The translations under genes and the position numbers were made by a program. Positions 1-8,966 of a stretch of 64,000 bases of DNA are shown one piece after another (position 1 is the stretch's first letter; every line of letters starts with the position of its first letter). The notes beneath the pieces were generated by a model, which was given only the letters and a program-made list of their open reading frames with translations, was not told where the DNA came from and made no database searches. This DNA is from Hyphomicrobiales bacterium. Its GTDB lineage: Bacteria > Pseudomonadota > Alphaproteobacteria > Rhizobiales > NORP267. The stretch lies in assembly GCA_021775855.1 (NCBI GenBank), contig JAJFGZ010000059.1:1321-65320 (forward strand). The letters run 5' to 3'.

Positions 1-2
1 CC

Positions 3-353
3 CTGTCGGCTTCGACTTCGGTATCGGCTTTGTTCTCCAGGTTCGATCTGTCGCGCCGGGATTCCTATTTCAACATGTCAGCCAACGACACGGAGATCCG
101 CCAGGTGTCCTTGGACTCTCAGGCGGTTGTGCCGGTATTTGACGCCTCGATTGAGCTCGAGGCGAGGCGGGGGCGCTATTTTGCCAGCGTCGGTTACACC
201 GTATCCGCCTGGCTCGGCGGTGCGCGCGCCATCTCCATCAACGGCTTTGACGATATCAACGACGAGACGTCGAAATACACGATCAGGCGTGACGATCTGA
301 TCACCCATGGTATCTTTGCCCGGTTGGGAATGACGTTCGGTTCGACCGAGTAG
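3..353 (+). CDS. C-terminal fragment of a probable outer-membrane beta-barrel protein (runs off window start)
   Basis: Frame open from base 3; alternating hydrophobic beta-strand pattern (YFASVGYTVSAW, HGIFARLGMTF near C-terminus). Confidence 0.5.
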   Translation: MSASTSVSALFSRFDLSRRDSYFNMSANDTEIRQVSLDSQAVVPVFDASIELEARRGRYFASVGYTVSAWLGGARAISINGFDDINDETSKYTIRRDDLITHGIFARLGMTFGSTE

Positions 354-360
354 GCAGGCT

Positions 361-1683
361 CTAGCTGCGGATGAAGTGCAGGCCACTGAAGCGGCTCCGG
401 AACGCGGTGACATCGCGGGCACATGCATCAGGGTCGTTGGTGGTGATCGCCCGGGCAATCAGCCGTGCGAGTTCGGGCATGTCGTCCGGGGTCATGCCGA
501 TGCGGGCGATTTCAGGGGTCCCGAACCGGAGGCCGTTCATATCGCCCTCTACTGGCTCTTCTGGAAGGCCAATGCCACAGGTCAGGATATTCGATTGGCG
601 CAGTTTCTTGGCGAGCGTCTGGCCGCCATTGGCGGCAGCGGCGCGGGTTGCAAACTGATGTGAAGATGTGAACCCTCTCTCGCAGGAATATACATCAATC
701 CCTTCATCCGAAAACGCTTTTGCCAATGCTGTCGACGTCGAGACCATCATTTTGGCGTAGGCTTCGCCGTATTCCAACCAGTCAAGCAGGGTGACTGCGA
801 GGGCCGCTGACTTGGCCGCATCGAAATTTGCGGTCAGGCCGGGAAACGCAATCGCATCGATCTTCTGCATCAGGTCCGCGTCGTTGCCAACGATCAGTCC
901 GCCGGGCGGGCCGCCAAGGCTTTTATAGGTGCTCATGTTCATCACATGGGCGCCTTCATCAAGCGGGTTTGGCCATGCCCCGCCTGCGATAATCCCGCAC
1001 TGGTGGGCGGCATCGAACATCAGGATCGCGCCCACTTCGTCGGCAATGGCGCGCAGGCCCGCGACCGGGTGGGGGTAGAGGTTGAGGCTGCCACCGATCG
1101 TGATCAGTTTTGGATGGATCTTCAACGCGAGTGCCCGGGTGGCTTCGAGATCCACGGTATAATTTGCGGTGTCGATTGGCGCAGTATGGATATCAACGCC
1201 GTAAAGGCCGGCGGCACCGGCGGCGTGGTGTGTGACGTGCCCGCCAATTTCCGCTGGCGGGACTATGATGGCGTCACCCGGCCCGGTGGTGGCCATGAAG
1301 GTATAGAGATTGGCGAGCGCGCCCGAGCCGACCCGGATTTCGGCAAAATTGGCATTGAAAATGCGTGCGGCAAGTTCTGCGGTAATGACCTCGATCTGCT
1401 CAATGGCCTCGAGACCCATTTCGTATTTGTCACCCGGGTATCCAAGCGACGGCCGAGATCCAAGCCCGGCGCTGAGCATCGCCTCGGCTTTCGGGTTCAT
1501 GACATTGGTGGCCGGGTTCAGGTTGATCCCGGTGTGGTCGTGAATCCGATGGTTTTCGGCGACAAGTTCGTTGATCTGGGCATGGATCTTACTCGGCTCG
1601 GAGATGTCCAGCCCGGCGGCAATATCCTGGATATAGGCTTCGCATTGTGCGGGAACCCAGTCTCTACGGATCTGTCGCGGCAT
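361..1683 (-). CDS. PLP-dependent SHMT-fold enzyme, atypical (alpha-methylserine aldolase-like / GlyA2)
   Basis: DAAH motif and STYKSLGGPPGG PLP-lysine motif (canonical GlyA is TTHKTLRGPRGG); NLNPATN and SRPSLGYPGDKYEMG segments. Confidence 0.8.
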   Translation of the reverse strand: MPRQIRRDWVPAQCEAYIQDIAAGLDISEPSKIHAQINELVAENHRIHDHTGINLNPATNVMNPKAEAMLSAGLGSRPSLGYPGDKYEMGLEAIEQIEVITAELAARIFNANFAEIRVGSGALANLYTFMATTGPGDAIIVPPAEIGGHVTHHAAGAAGLYGVDIHTAPIDTANYTVDLEATRALALKIHPKLITIGGSLNLYPHPVAGLRAIADEVGAILMFDAAHQCGIIAGGAWPNPLDEGAHVMNMSTYKSLGGPPGGLIVGNDADLMQKIDAIAFPGLTANFDAAKSAALAVTLLDWLEYGEAYAKMMVSTSTALAKAFSDEGIDVYSCERGFTSSHQFATRAAAANGGQTLAKKLRQSNILTCGIGLPEEPVEGDMNGLRFGTPEIARIGMTPDDMPELARLIARAITTNDPDACARDVTAFRSRFSGLHFIRS

Positions 1684-1684
1684 A

Positions 1685-2914
1685 TTATGCTGCCCTTAGC
1701 GTTACGGGGAGGTGATCCAGGCCGCGCAGTGAATTGCCAGCGCGCCAGACATGATCGCCGTCCGGCTCAATCGTTTTGACCCTGCGCGCCAGGGCTGTCA
1801 ATAGAACCTCAAGCTCGAGCCGGGCGATCATTTGACCAACGCAACCGTGAACCCCGACGCCGAGCGCCATGTGCCCAGTAGGTTTGCGTAAAATGTCGAA
1901 TGTGTCGGGATCCACCCAATGCCGGGGATCGAGGTTCGCAGAATGCAGTCCGACCGAGATTTTGCGGCCCTCGCCAAGGTCTACTCCCTCAATCTCGACG
2001 TCCTCGGTGGTCGTCCGGAAGAAGGAGTGGATTGGAGATTCGTAGCGCAAAACCTCTTCGAACGCCTGTTTGGCAAGGCTCGGATCAGCCTTCAACAATT
2101 CCCACTGGTCCGGGTGATGGGCGAACGACAGCATGGCATTCCCAATTCCCGTGACCGTAGTATCGATGCCGGCCGAGAGCAGGGAGCGCACCAGCAATGC
2201 GGCTTCGTCGTTTGTCAACTTGCCTTCGTCCGCCGCCCGGTAAATAGCAGCCCCAAACCCGTTGTCTGTAAGGTTTTCGCGTTTGCAGCGCTCGATAATC
2301 CAGGGCACGACCTCCGTGGCGTTGGCGAGCGCCTTTTGTCGGACCCGGTTGTCAGGCCCCAGCGCGTTGAACACCATCGCGCCGTACGTGATGAGATTAT
2401 GGCGGTTATTGACATCGAGCCCGACGGCATCCGGAAAAACCTTGAGCGGAAAGGCTTCGGCGAGATCTGGCACGACGTCGAAAGACCCGGTATCGAGCAG
2501 CCGGTCCACCAGGGTTTCTGCCACCTGCTCCATTATCGGGCGCAAGGAAAGGACACTCTTCGGCGACATGGCGCGCGCCAGGGCGTTGCGCGTCCGGCTG
2601 TGGTCGGGCGGATCAACTTCAAGGATTATGCTCGGCGGGCGCCAGGGTTTTTCCGTCTTGAAATCGGACACCCCAACGCCGCGGGACGAACAAAATCGTT
2701 TCCAATCGCCAAAGACCGAGCGTACCTGCTCGTAACGTCCGATCGCCCAGAAACCGTATTTCTCGATCCATACCACCGGTCCGAGTTCGCGCAGCGTAGC
2801 AAAATAGTCTCGCGGCTCGCGAAGGATGTCTTCGTCATATGGATCGATATCCCAGACCGGGTAGTCGCCGTCGGGCCGCGATGAATTCTTCATTGCCATA
2901 ATCCTGTTTTCCAT
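1685..2914 (-). CDS. Cytochrome P450, CYP199A-like (para-methoxybenzoate O-demethylase type)
   Basis: GVGVHGCVG heme-Cys motif, I-helix LLSAGIDTT, EEVLR ExxR; WRPPSIILEVDPP and VFNALGPDN resemble CYP199A2/A4 as recalled. Confidence 0.88.
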   Translation of the reverse strand: MENRIMAMKNSSRPDGDYPVWDIDPYDEDILREPRDYFATLRELGPVVWIEKYGFWAIGRYEQVRSVFGDWKRFCSSRGVGVSDFKTEKPWRPPSIILEVDPPDHSRTRNALARAMSPKSVLSLRPIMEQVAETLVDRLLDTGSFDVVPDLAEAFPLKVFPDAVGLDVNNRHNLITYGAMVFNALGPDNRVRQKALANATEVVPWIIERCKRENLTDNGFGAAIYRAADEGKLTNDEAALLVRSLLSAGIDTTVTGIGNAMLSFAHHPDQWELLKADPSLAKQAFEEVLRYESPIHSFFRTTTEDVEIEGVDLGEGRKISVGLHSANLDPRHWVDPDTFDILRKPTGHMALGVGVHGCVGQMIARLELEVLLTALARRVKTIEPDGDHVWRAGNSLRGLDHLPVTLRAA

Positions 2915-3019
2915 AAAGCACGAAGATGCCTTGCTTGATCAAGATAACTTCAATAACTTTATAGAATAAACGGATTTTACGAGGGAGACTGGTGTTTATT
3001 CCCGGCGATCCAGCATAAT

Positions 3020-3451
3020 TTACGCGCCTCCGAAGGAAGTATCGACCCACCACTCGGTGGCGTTTGCAATGAAGTTCTGGAATTCGTATTTATTCTGCGG
3101 TTTGGCCAAATATGAGGTCGCGCCGCTTTCGTAGGATCTCAGCAGGGATTCGTCGTCGTCCAAGCCCGTGAGGACAACAACGCGGATCTCCGATAGGCCA
3201 TCGTGTTTGCGGATGGCTTCAAGAAAATCAAACCCGTCCATCCCGGGCATATGGAGATCAAGCAGTATAAGATCGGGCAATTTGTCTTCGGATTGACACT
3301 TGTTCAAGTAAACCAAAGCAGCTGCGGCATCGGAAATCACTTCCAGATGATAGTCAAAGGGCAGGTGGCGTAGCCCACGCCGGACGATGTAGGCGTCTTC
3401 TTCATCGTCCTCGATAAGCAGTATATTCCTTGTTTCACCTGCAGGCACCAT
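3020..3451 (-). CDS. Single-domain response regulator (Rcp1-like)
   Basis: ILLIEDD, LILLDLHMP, VVVLTG, YLAKP receiver motifs. Confidence 0.9.
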   Translation of the reverse strand: MVPAGETRNILLIEDDEEDAYIVRRGLRHLPFDYHLEVISDAAAALVYLNKCQSEDKLPDLILLDLHMPGMDGFDFLEAIRKHDGLSEIRVVVLTGLDDDESLLRSYESGATSYLAKPQNKYEFQNFIANATEWWVDTSFGGA

Positions 3452-3636
3452 CTATATTCCTACCCTAGCGTAAACAGAATCACCTGTTCAGTTTATTTCA
3501 GTTTATATTACCTTTACCCAGCGTTAACTTAAACCAGGAATTTTGCTGACGCGTGAAGCTGGCATGTGGGTCAGCCGATTGCAAGGATTCCAGGGCGGCC
3601 TTTCTGGCCACGCTAATTTGCAAGGTGTGGGCGAGC

Positions 3637-5289
3637 ATGGAAAATCCAGCGCAAAATCTTGCGGCCTATAACCAGGCCCTAGAACGATTGCTGGAGCTAT
3701 TTACCGCGCCTGACTTGTTGATCGAAGATCGCATTCGCAAGGTACAGGAATTCTGCGCCGAGTATCTTGAACTTCCCATCAGTCTAATTGGCCAAATCCG
3801 TGGCGACTTATACGTTCTCAATTATGCGATTGATCCGACAGGATCACGACAAGTTGGCGGCGTTTACAAACTAGACGAAACGATTTGCAATATTGCAATT
3901 TCGTCTGATGAGCCTGTCGTCATAGATTCCGTTCCAGATTCTCCGTTCTACGGCTACTCCAATTGCGCGACAAATTCGATAAATACCTATGTCGGGGCGT
4001 CAATCCGGGTTGGTGGCAGGGTCTGGGGAGCACTCGCGTTTGCCGGGCCCGAAGTGCGAGAGAAAAAATTTGATCCCGCCGATGTGACCCTTGTCAGACT
4101 GGTTGCGAACTGGCTTGGGGGACAGTTCGAGACTGAAGAGAGAACCCAGGGGCTTGTCCAGAGCGAACTACGTTTCAAGCGGTTGTACCGGAAATTGCCG
4201 TTGATAGCGTTTACCCACGACCGCGATATGATTATCAGCGATGTCAGCGATTATATGCTTGATTCTATGGGGTTTACTCGCGAGGAGATGATCGGGCGTA
4301 AAACCGTAGATTTCGTTGCAGAAGAGGTTCGGGCTCGCATCCAAAAGGTTGATCATCCAATCTTTTGGGCAACTGGATTTGCATCCTGCCTGCCACGGTC
4401 ACTCATCACTAAAACCGGCAAAATACTTGAAGTGGAACTGTCCGCCGTCGCGTTCGAGGGGCCTGAAGGGACATTCGATTCAGGCCACGCGGTCATGGTT
4501 GACGTAACCGACAGGAACCGCGCACGCGCAAAACTTGCGCATAAGAATGAGGAGCTCGAGCAAGTCAACGAGCAACTCCGCCACTTTGCCTATATTGCCT
4601 CACATGATTTACAGGAGCCGTTGCGTAAAATTAGAGTGTTTGGCGATCAGCTCAGCGAAGAAACAGGAGACGACCTTAGTACAGAAGGGAAGTTTGCGCT
4701 GGATACAATGGTTTCCGCAGCCGAACGTCTCTCCAATCTCGTCTCCGACGTGCTTGCATTTTCGCGCGTGAGTTACGCGGAATTCGCGGTCCGCGAAGTT
4801 AAAATCAGCGATGTGGTCACCCAGGTCATTGCAATCTTTGAAGAAAAAATTGAAGAAATCGGTGTGGAAATGGATATCGGTAATCTGCCAGTCGTGCAGG
4901 GCGATGCCATTCAAGTCAACCGGCTTTTGATGAATTTAATCGGCAACGCGCTAAAGTATTCGTGCCCGAGTTCGACGCCGAAAATAAGCATTTCGGGGCA
5001 ATATGATCCGGATAAAAATGCCACCGACATCATCGTCTCCGACAATGGTATTGGCTTCCCGGATGCTTATTCCGAGAAAATTTTCCTCCCCTTTCAGCGA
5101 TTAAACCAGCGCAGCATGTATTCCGGGAGCGGGATTGGGTTGGCGGTTGCGCGGACGATTGCAGAAAAACACGGTTGGACGATTTCTGCTCGTAGCGAAC
5201 CCGGTGTTGGTTCCGTTTTCTCTATCCATCTTCCAGGGGTGCAGATGAACGAGGCGACAGAAACCGATGTCAACGAGGCGGTTGCGTAA
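3637..5289 (+). CDS. GAF-PAS sensor histidine kinase
   Basis: GAF (YVGASIRVGGRVWGALAF), PAS (GFTREEMIGR), H-box SHDLQEPLRKI, N-box NLIGNALKY, DNGIG and GSGIGLA; ATG 3637 preferred over GTG 3553. Confidence 0.9.
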   Translation: MENPAQNLAAYNQALERLLELFTAPDLLIEDRIRKVQEFCAEYLELPISLIGQIRGDLYVLNYAIDPTGSRQVGGVYKLDETICNIAISSDEPVVIDSVPDSPFYGYSNCATNSINTYVGASIRVGGRVWGALAFAGPEVREKKFDPADVTLVRLVANWLGGQFETEERTQGLVQSELRFKRLYRKLPLIAFTHDRDMIISDVSDYMLDSMGFTREEMIGRKTVDFVAEEVRARIQKVDHPIFWATGFASCLPRSLITKTGKILEVELSAVAFEGPEGTFDSGHAVMVDVTDRNRARAKLAHKNEELEQVNEQLRHFAYIASHDLQEPLRKIRVFGDQLSEETGDDLSTEGKFALDTMVSAAERLSNLVSDVLAFSRVSYAEFAVREVKISDVVTQVIAIFEEKIEEIGVEMDIGNLPVVQGDAIQVNRLLMNLIGNALKYSCPSSTPKISISGQYDPDKNATDIIVSDNGIGFPDAYSEKIFLPFQRLNQRSMYSGSGIGLAVARTIAEKHGWTISARSEPGVGSVFSIHLPGVQMNEATETDVNEAVA

Positions 5290-5312
5290 CGCCGGGTCTG
5301 AACGACAGATAG

Positions 5313-5801
5313 GTATCCCGGGACTGTCTTCGTATTCTTATCGTCGACGACAGCAAGTTTTTCCGTACGTTACTTCGCACGGTTCTACGTCAATTCAGCA
5401 TACGTGAAATTCACGAAGCTGAAATCGGCAAGGCTGTGTTCAGCATACTGAAAATAACACAAGTTGATTTTGTTTTGCTCGATTGGCGCATGCCGGTTTG
5501 CTCGGGCGCAGAGCTTATGGCTGATTTGACTGATGTGCCTGGACGAAAAAAGGCTGGCGAGGCCGCGGTCATTGTAATTAAGGGGAACGCCTCGCGCCGA
5601 ATGGTGAAAGAAGCCGCCGGGCTGGGTGTAGATGGCATTCTTAGCAAACCGATCGTGCCGAAACTTCTCATGAAGCGTTTGACGGAAGTATTTGAGAGCA
5701 TACCCCTTAAAGACGTCGCGCCTGTTGACGATGTTGTAGATACCAAGCAGGGCTTAAACGAAATATCCGACCTGCAGAACAAATCAGGGTTCGTTATTTA
5801 G
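5313..5801 (+). pseudogene. CheY-like receiver protein lacking a proper start; probable frameshifted pseudogene
   Basis: Receiver N-terminus LRILIVDDSKFFRTLL (from 5328) lies in frame upstream of the first start codon (GTG 5436), with in-frame TAG at 5310; conserved Thr/Ser replaced by Lys (VIVIKG). Confidence 0.6.
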
Positions 5802-6264
5802 CCTTACCGGCCGGTGGCGAAGTGCGTGCAATATTGAACCAGAATTGAACAATTGTGTCGGCTATCACCATCATTCCGTCCAGGGTATCGGCTTTTGATA
5901 TGACGGCGTTGGCGCCATCTCCATAAGCGCGGTCTTTGACGTCTTGTTCCTCGCTTGTTGTTAGCACCACGACGGGAATTATTCGGAATCTCTGGTCAGC
6001 GCGGATGGCACGCAGAAACTCGTGACCATCCATCAGGGGCATATTCAGATCCAGCAAAATCAAGTTCAATTCGGTGAGCCGATCCGCCTCCACCATGTCC
6101 TCAAGATAGGAAATTGCCTCCTGACCATTGTGGACGATATCGATGGAGACATTAAGAGGGGTTTTTGCGATCGAGCGTCGCAGCACATAGATATCCTCAA
6201 GGTCGTCCTCGACCACCAGGATCAGGCCGTCATGGATATCTTCGTGCTCTGGCGTAGTGTTCAC
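5794..6264 (-). CDS. Single-domain response regulator (Rcp1-like)
   Basis: LVVEDD, LILLDLNMPLMDG, IPVVVLTTS, GANAVISK. Confidence 0.9.
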   Translation of the reverse strand: MNTTPEHEDIHDGLILVVEDDLEDIYVLRRSIAKTPLNVSIDIVHNGQEAISYLEDMVEADRLTELNLILLDLNMPLMDGHEFLRAIRADQRFRIIPVVVLTTSEEQDVKDRAYGDGANAVISKADTLDGMMVIADTIVQFWFNIARTSPPAGKAK

Positions 6265-6323
6265 CTTCTCATTTATCTTCTACAAGAAACCCTAGATTGA
6301 AGCCTGCAATTGGTAAGGAACAA

Positions 6324-6731
6324 ATGTCAATGTCCGGTAAGTCCCGCTTTCTTTCACTCGGTTCGTTTTTTGCAATGTCGCTTTTTGCACTGACGGTTGA
6401 AGCCGAAGGCGATATCGCGAAATCGATTTACCTGAACACGGTGTATTGCCAGGGTGTTGCGGAAACATATTCGTCGCGCCTGGGGGATGCTGGCTCGGCC
6501 CACCGCTCAGAGTCGCGCCATGCGCGCCGGATCGCGCGTGCGCTTGAAGTACGGGGCGACGAAATGGCGCGCCGGTTTCAGTATCCTGAACAGGATGGCG
6601 AAGAAGCGCGTACCTTCGGTTCCCGCACAATCGATGGAATGTTGCCAACCGGTGGGGCCTGGATAAATGGCGGTGATGTGCCGATTTCCGCGTTTCAGCA
6701 ATTCCAGCAATGCGTCAGCATCGTTGAATAG
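6324..6731 (+). CDS. Hypothetical secreted protein with two Cys
   Basis: Signal-peptide-like N-terminus (KSRFLSLGSFFAMSLFALTVEA); AAGGA before ATG 6324. Confidence 0.55.
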   Translation: MSMSGKSRFLSLGSFFAMSLFALTVEAEGDIAKSIYLNTVYCQGVAETYSSRLGDAGSAHRSESRHARRIARALEVRGDEMARRFQYPEQDGEEARTFGSRTIDGMLPTGGAWINGGDVPISAFQQFQQCVSIVE

Positions 6732-6746
6732 AGGTTGAAAAATTTT

Positions 6747-7976
6747 CTAGTTGTTGCCCTCATCGGGGACAAAATATTCGGGCGGCAGGTGCCTGAATAT
6801 TCCGGATTTCAAACCGGCAAGGCTGCGCAACATTTCAGTACGTGTGAATTTTATACGCCCAAGAATGGGAAAGCCGATATCCCGGATGGTTCCGGGGAGT
6901 ACATTGCTTGACTGGAAGAAAGGCGTGATCCACCGGCTGGCACGGCAATAGAATTTTGTCTGGTCACTGCGGTTTTGTTCCAGTTGCTGCAGGGCTTCGA
7001 TGACCATTTCATTGTTGGTAAGGCCATGGGCGAGGGCGCTGGCATCAAGCAGGGCCATGTTGGCGCCCTGGCCGAGTTGCGGGCTGGTTACGTGGCAAGC
7101 GTCACCGATAAATACGATGCGGCCTACGGAAAAGCCAAATAGGGTCGTATCGCTGTAGCGGGCCTCGGTCAGGTCGTCGATTGATTGGAATTGCTCAAGT
7201 AGCGGTTCCGTTTCAGGCCAAAGCGTCCATGCATCTTGTCGCCAGGCGTCCAACCCTTCTGTCCTCACGCGATCGAAATCTTTGACCGGAAGGCTCCAGA
7301 AAACGGCGACTTTGGCGGCTCCCTTGCCGCCATTGCCGAGCGGGAGGACTCCCATCATTTTGCGCGACGATTTGTAACGTTGGGTCAAACAATCGGTATC
7401 GAATTCGCGGGCGTCCACCACACCCCAAAAGGCACCATAGGGGTAAGGCTTGTCGTAGTGGATTTCGGCATGGGCCTTGCGGAGTTTGGACCCGGCGCCA
7501 TCGGCCGCAACCGCAATGTCAAAAGGTCCGTATTCGTTGTCGTTTGTGTCAACAAGACTGATCTTGCCGTCGATCTGCTCCTTACCAGTGATAATCTCTG
7601 TGCCGGTGGTGACCGGCACCTTGAGTTTGCGCACTTCTGCGAACAGGAGGTCAAACAGGACGGCGCGGTGGATGCCGATACCGTATAATCCCGGATAAAG
7701 GTCGCGATAGTCGAGATCAAAAACCTCCACCCCGCCATCGGCCACAAGGCCGGTAAGGCGATGGATGCGTTTCCCCCGTTTAAGAGCCTTGCCGGCAAGG
7801 CCGAGTTCCGCCAATACGGCGAGGCCGGTTGGTTGCAATAGCAATCCCGCGCCGAGCGGCTTTGGCTTGTCGAACTTTTCGAACAGCCGTACGTCGTGCC
7901 CAGCACGCGCCAGAAAGATTGCTGCTGTCAGACCGGCTATGCCGCAGCCTGAAATCGCAATTGTCCGCTCGATCAT
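6747..7976 (-). CDS. FAD-dependent monooxygenase (UbiH/salicylate hydroxylase-like)
   Basis: GCGIAG Rossmann motif, ADGAGS, IGDACHVTSPQLGQGANMALLDA; ATGA-type overlap with paaX. Confidence 0.88.
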   Translation of the reverse strand: MIERTIAISGCGIAGLTAAIFLARAGHDVRLFEKFDKPKPLGAGLLLQPTGLAVLAELGLAGKALKRGKRIHRLTGLVADGGVEVFDLDYRDLYPGLYGIGIHRAVLFDLLFAEVRKLKVPVTTGTEIITGKEQIDGKISLVDTNDNEYGPFDIAVAADGAGSKLRKAHAEIHYDKPYPYGAFWGVVDAREFDTDCLTQRYKSSRKMMGVLPLGNGGKGAAKVAVFWSLPVKDFDRVRTEGLDAWRQDAWTLWPETEPLLEQFQSIDDLTEARYSDTTLFGFSVGRIVFIGDACHVTSPQLGQGANMALLDASALAHGLTNNEMVIEALQQLEQNRSDQTKFYCRASRWITPFFQSSNVLPGTIRDIGFPILGRIKFTRTEMLRSLAGLKSGIFRHLPPEYFVPDEGNN

Positions 7977-8929
7977 TTGGTGTGTTTTCCGGGCCCGGCA
8001 AATCGGTTGCTCAATATGGCTTCGCGGGCGGCTTTGCCATGAGGTGTGTCGTCTAAAGTTTTATCGAGATAGGCTTCGGCCGGTCCGACAAGCTGCTTGT
8101 AGATCGCGGCACAGAGATTCCTGGCGGCGATGCCTTTCCAGTCGTGTGGCATCAGGTCCTCTGGCAAATCAGGGTCCTTGAGCAGCACACGGCGGTAATC
8201 GTGGATCATCAGGATACGCAGGCCAAACGCATTGAGGGGGTCAGGCGGGGTATGCAAGACTGAATCAAGGACGGGCGTGAAAACATTGATAAATCTAGTA
8301 TATTCGACATTTAGATCGTCCAGGTTCCAGGCCTCACGGGCAACATTTCGTATGTGCTTGCGGTCAGTGAAATAGGCCGTCTCAGATTCAAACGTCAAGG
8401 TATCGTCGAGGGCGTCGTTGCGCTCCAACAGGCGCTCAATATCTTTTGCGGTACGGGTTGGGTGAGCAAAGAGGTTGGGACTTATCTGACCAAATCCCGA
8501 CCAGACCATTTCGGCGCGGATATCCTGTCGCTCAGGAGCCGGCATAGAGGCCAACAAATGGATGAGCCGCCAGGTGCCATCCCATGCAACGGGTTCGGTG
8601 GCGTAGATGCGTTGCTGGGCTTCGTTGAATTTTTCGTTGCCGGCCTCCGTCAGATAGTAGCGCGCGCGGCGCCCCTGTGAGCGGGATTCAAGCCAACCCT
8701 CGCGCGCCAGCCGGTAGACCCCGGTGCGTACCAGGCGTTCTGATATACCAAATGAGCCGGCAAGTCCGATCAGGCTGCCCAACCAGATATTGCCGCCGCG
8801 CGGAAGCAGCGCATCGCCAAAGATGGTGATGATCGTTGCGTTGGCACGAAGGTCGATTTGGTCGCGAAGACGGTCGACCAAGCTGTCCAATTTACCGGAA
8901 ATCGCCGATTTGGTACCGCCGGCTGTCAT
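7973..8929 (-). CDS. paaX: Phenylacetate degradation repressor PaaX
   Basis: IITIFGDA..PRGG.IWLGSLI, ERLVRTGVYRL, IHDYRRVLLKDPDLP; next to paaK. Confidence 0.93.
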   Translation of the reverse strand: MTAGGTKSAISGKLDSLVDRLRDQIDLRANATIITIFGDALLPRGGNIWLGSLIGLAGSFGISERLVRTGVYRLAREGWLESRSQGRRARYYLTEAGNEKFNEAQQRIYATEPVAWDGTWRLIHLLASMPAPERQDIRAEMVWSGFGQISPNLFAHPTRTAKDIERLLERNDALDDTLTFESETAYFTDRKHIRNVAREAWNLDDLNVEYTRFINVFTPVLDSVLHTPPDPLNAFGLRILMIHDYRRVLLKDPDLPEDLMPHDWKGIAARNLCAAIYKQLVGPAEAYLDKTLDDTPHGKAAREAILSNRFAGPGKHTK

Positions 8930-8966
8930 GTTGTCTTTCGCGCTTTGGCCACCTGCTCCGGATTCC

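Noticed and set aside
946-2884. Long plus-strand ORFs (277 and 321 aa)
   Set aside because: Shadows of the P450 and PLP enzyme genes, expected in high-GC DNA
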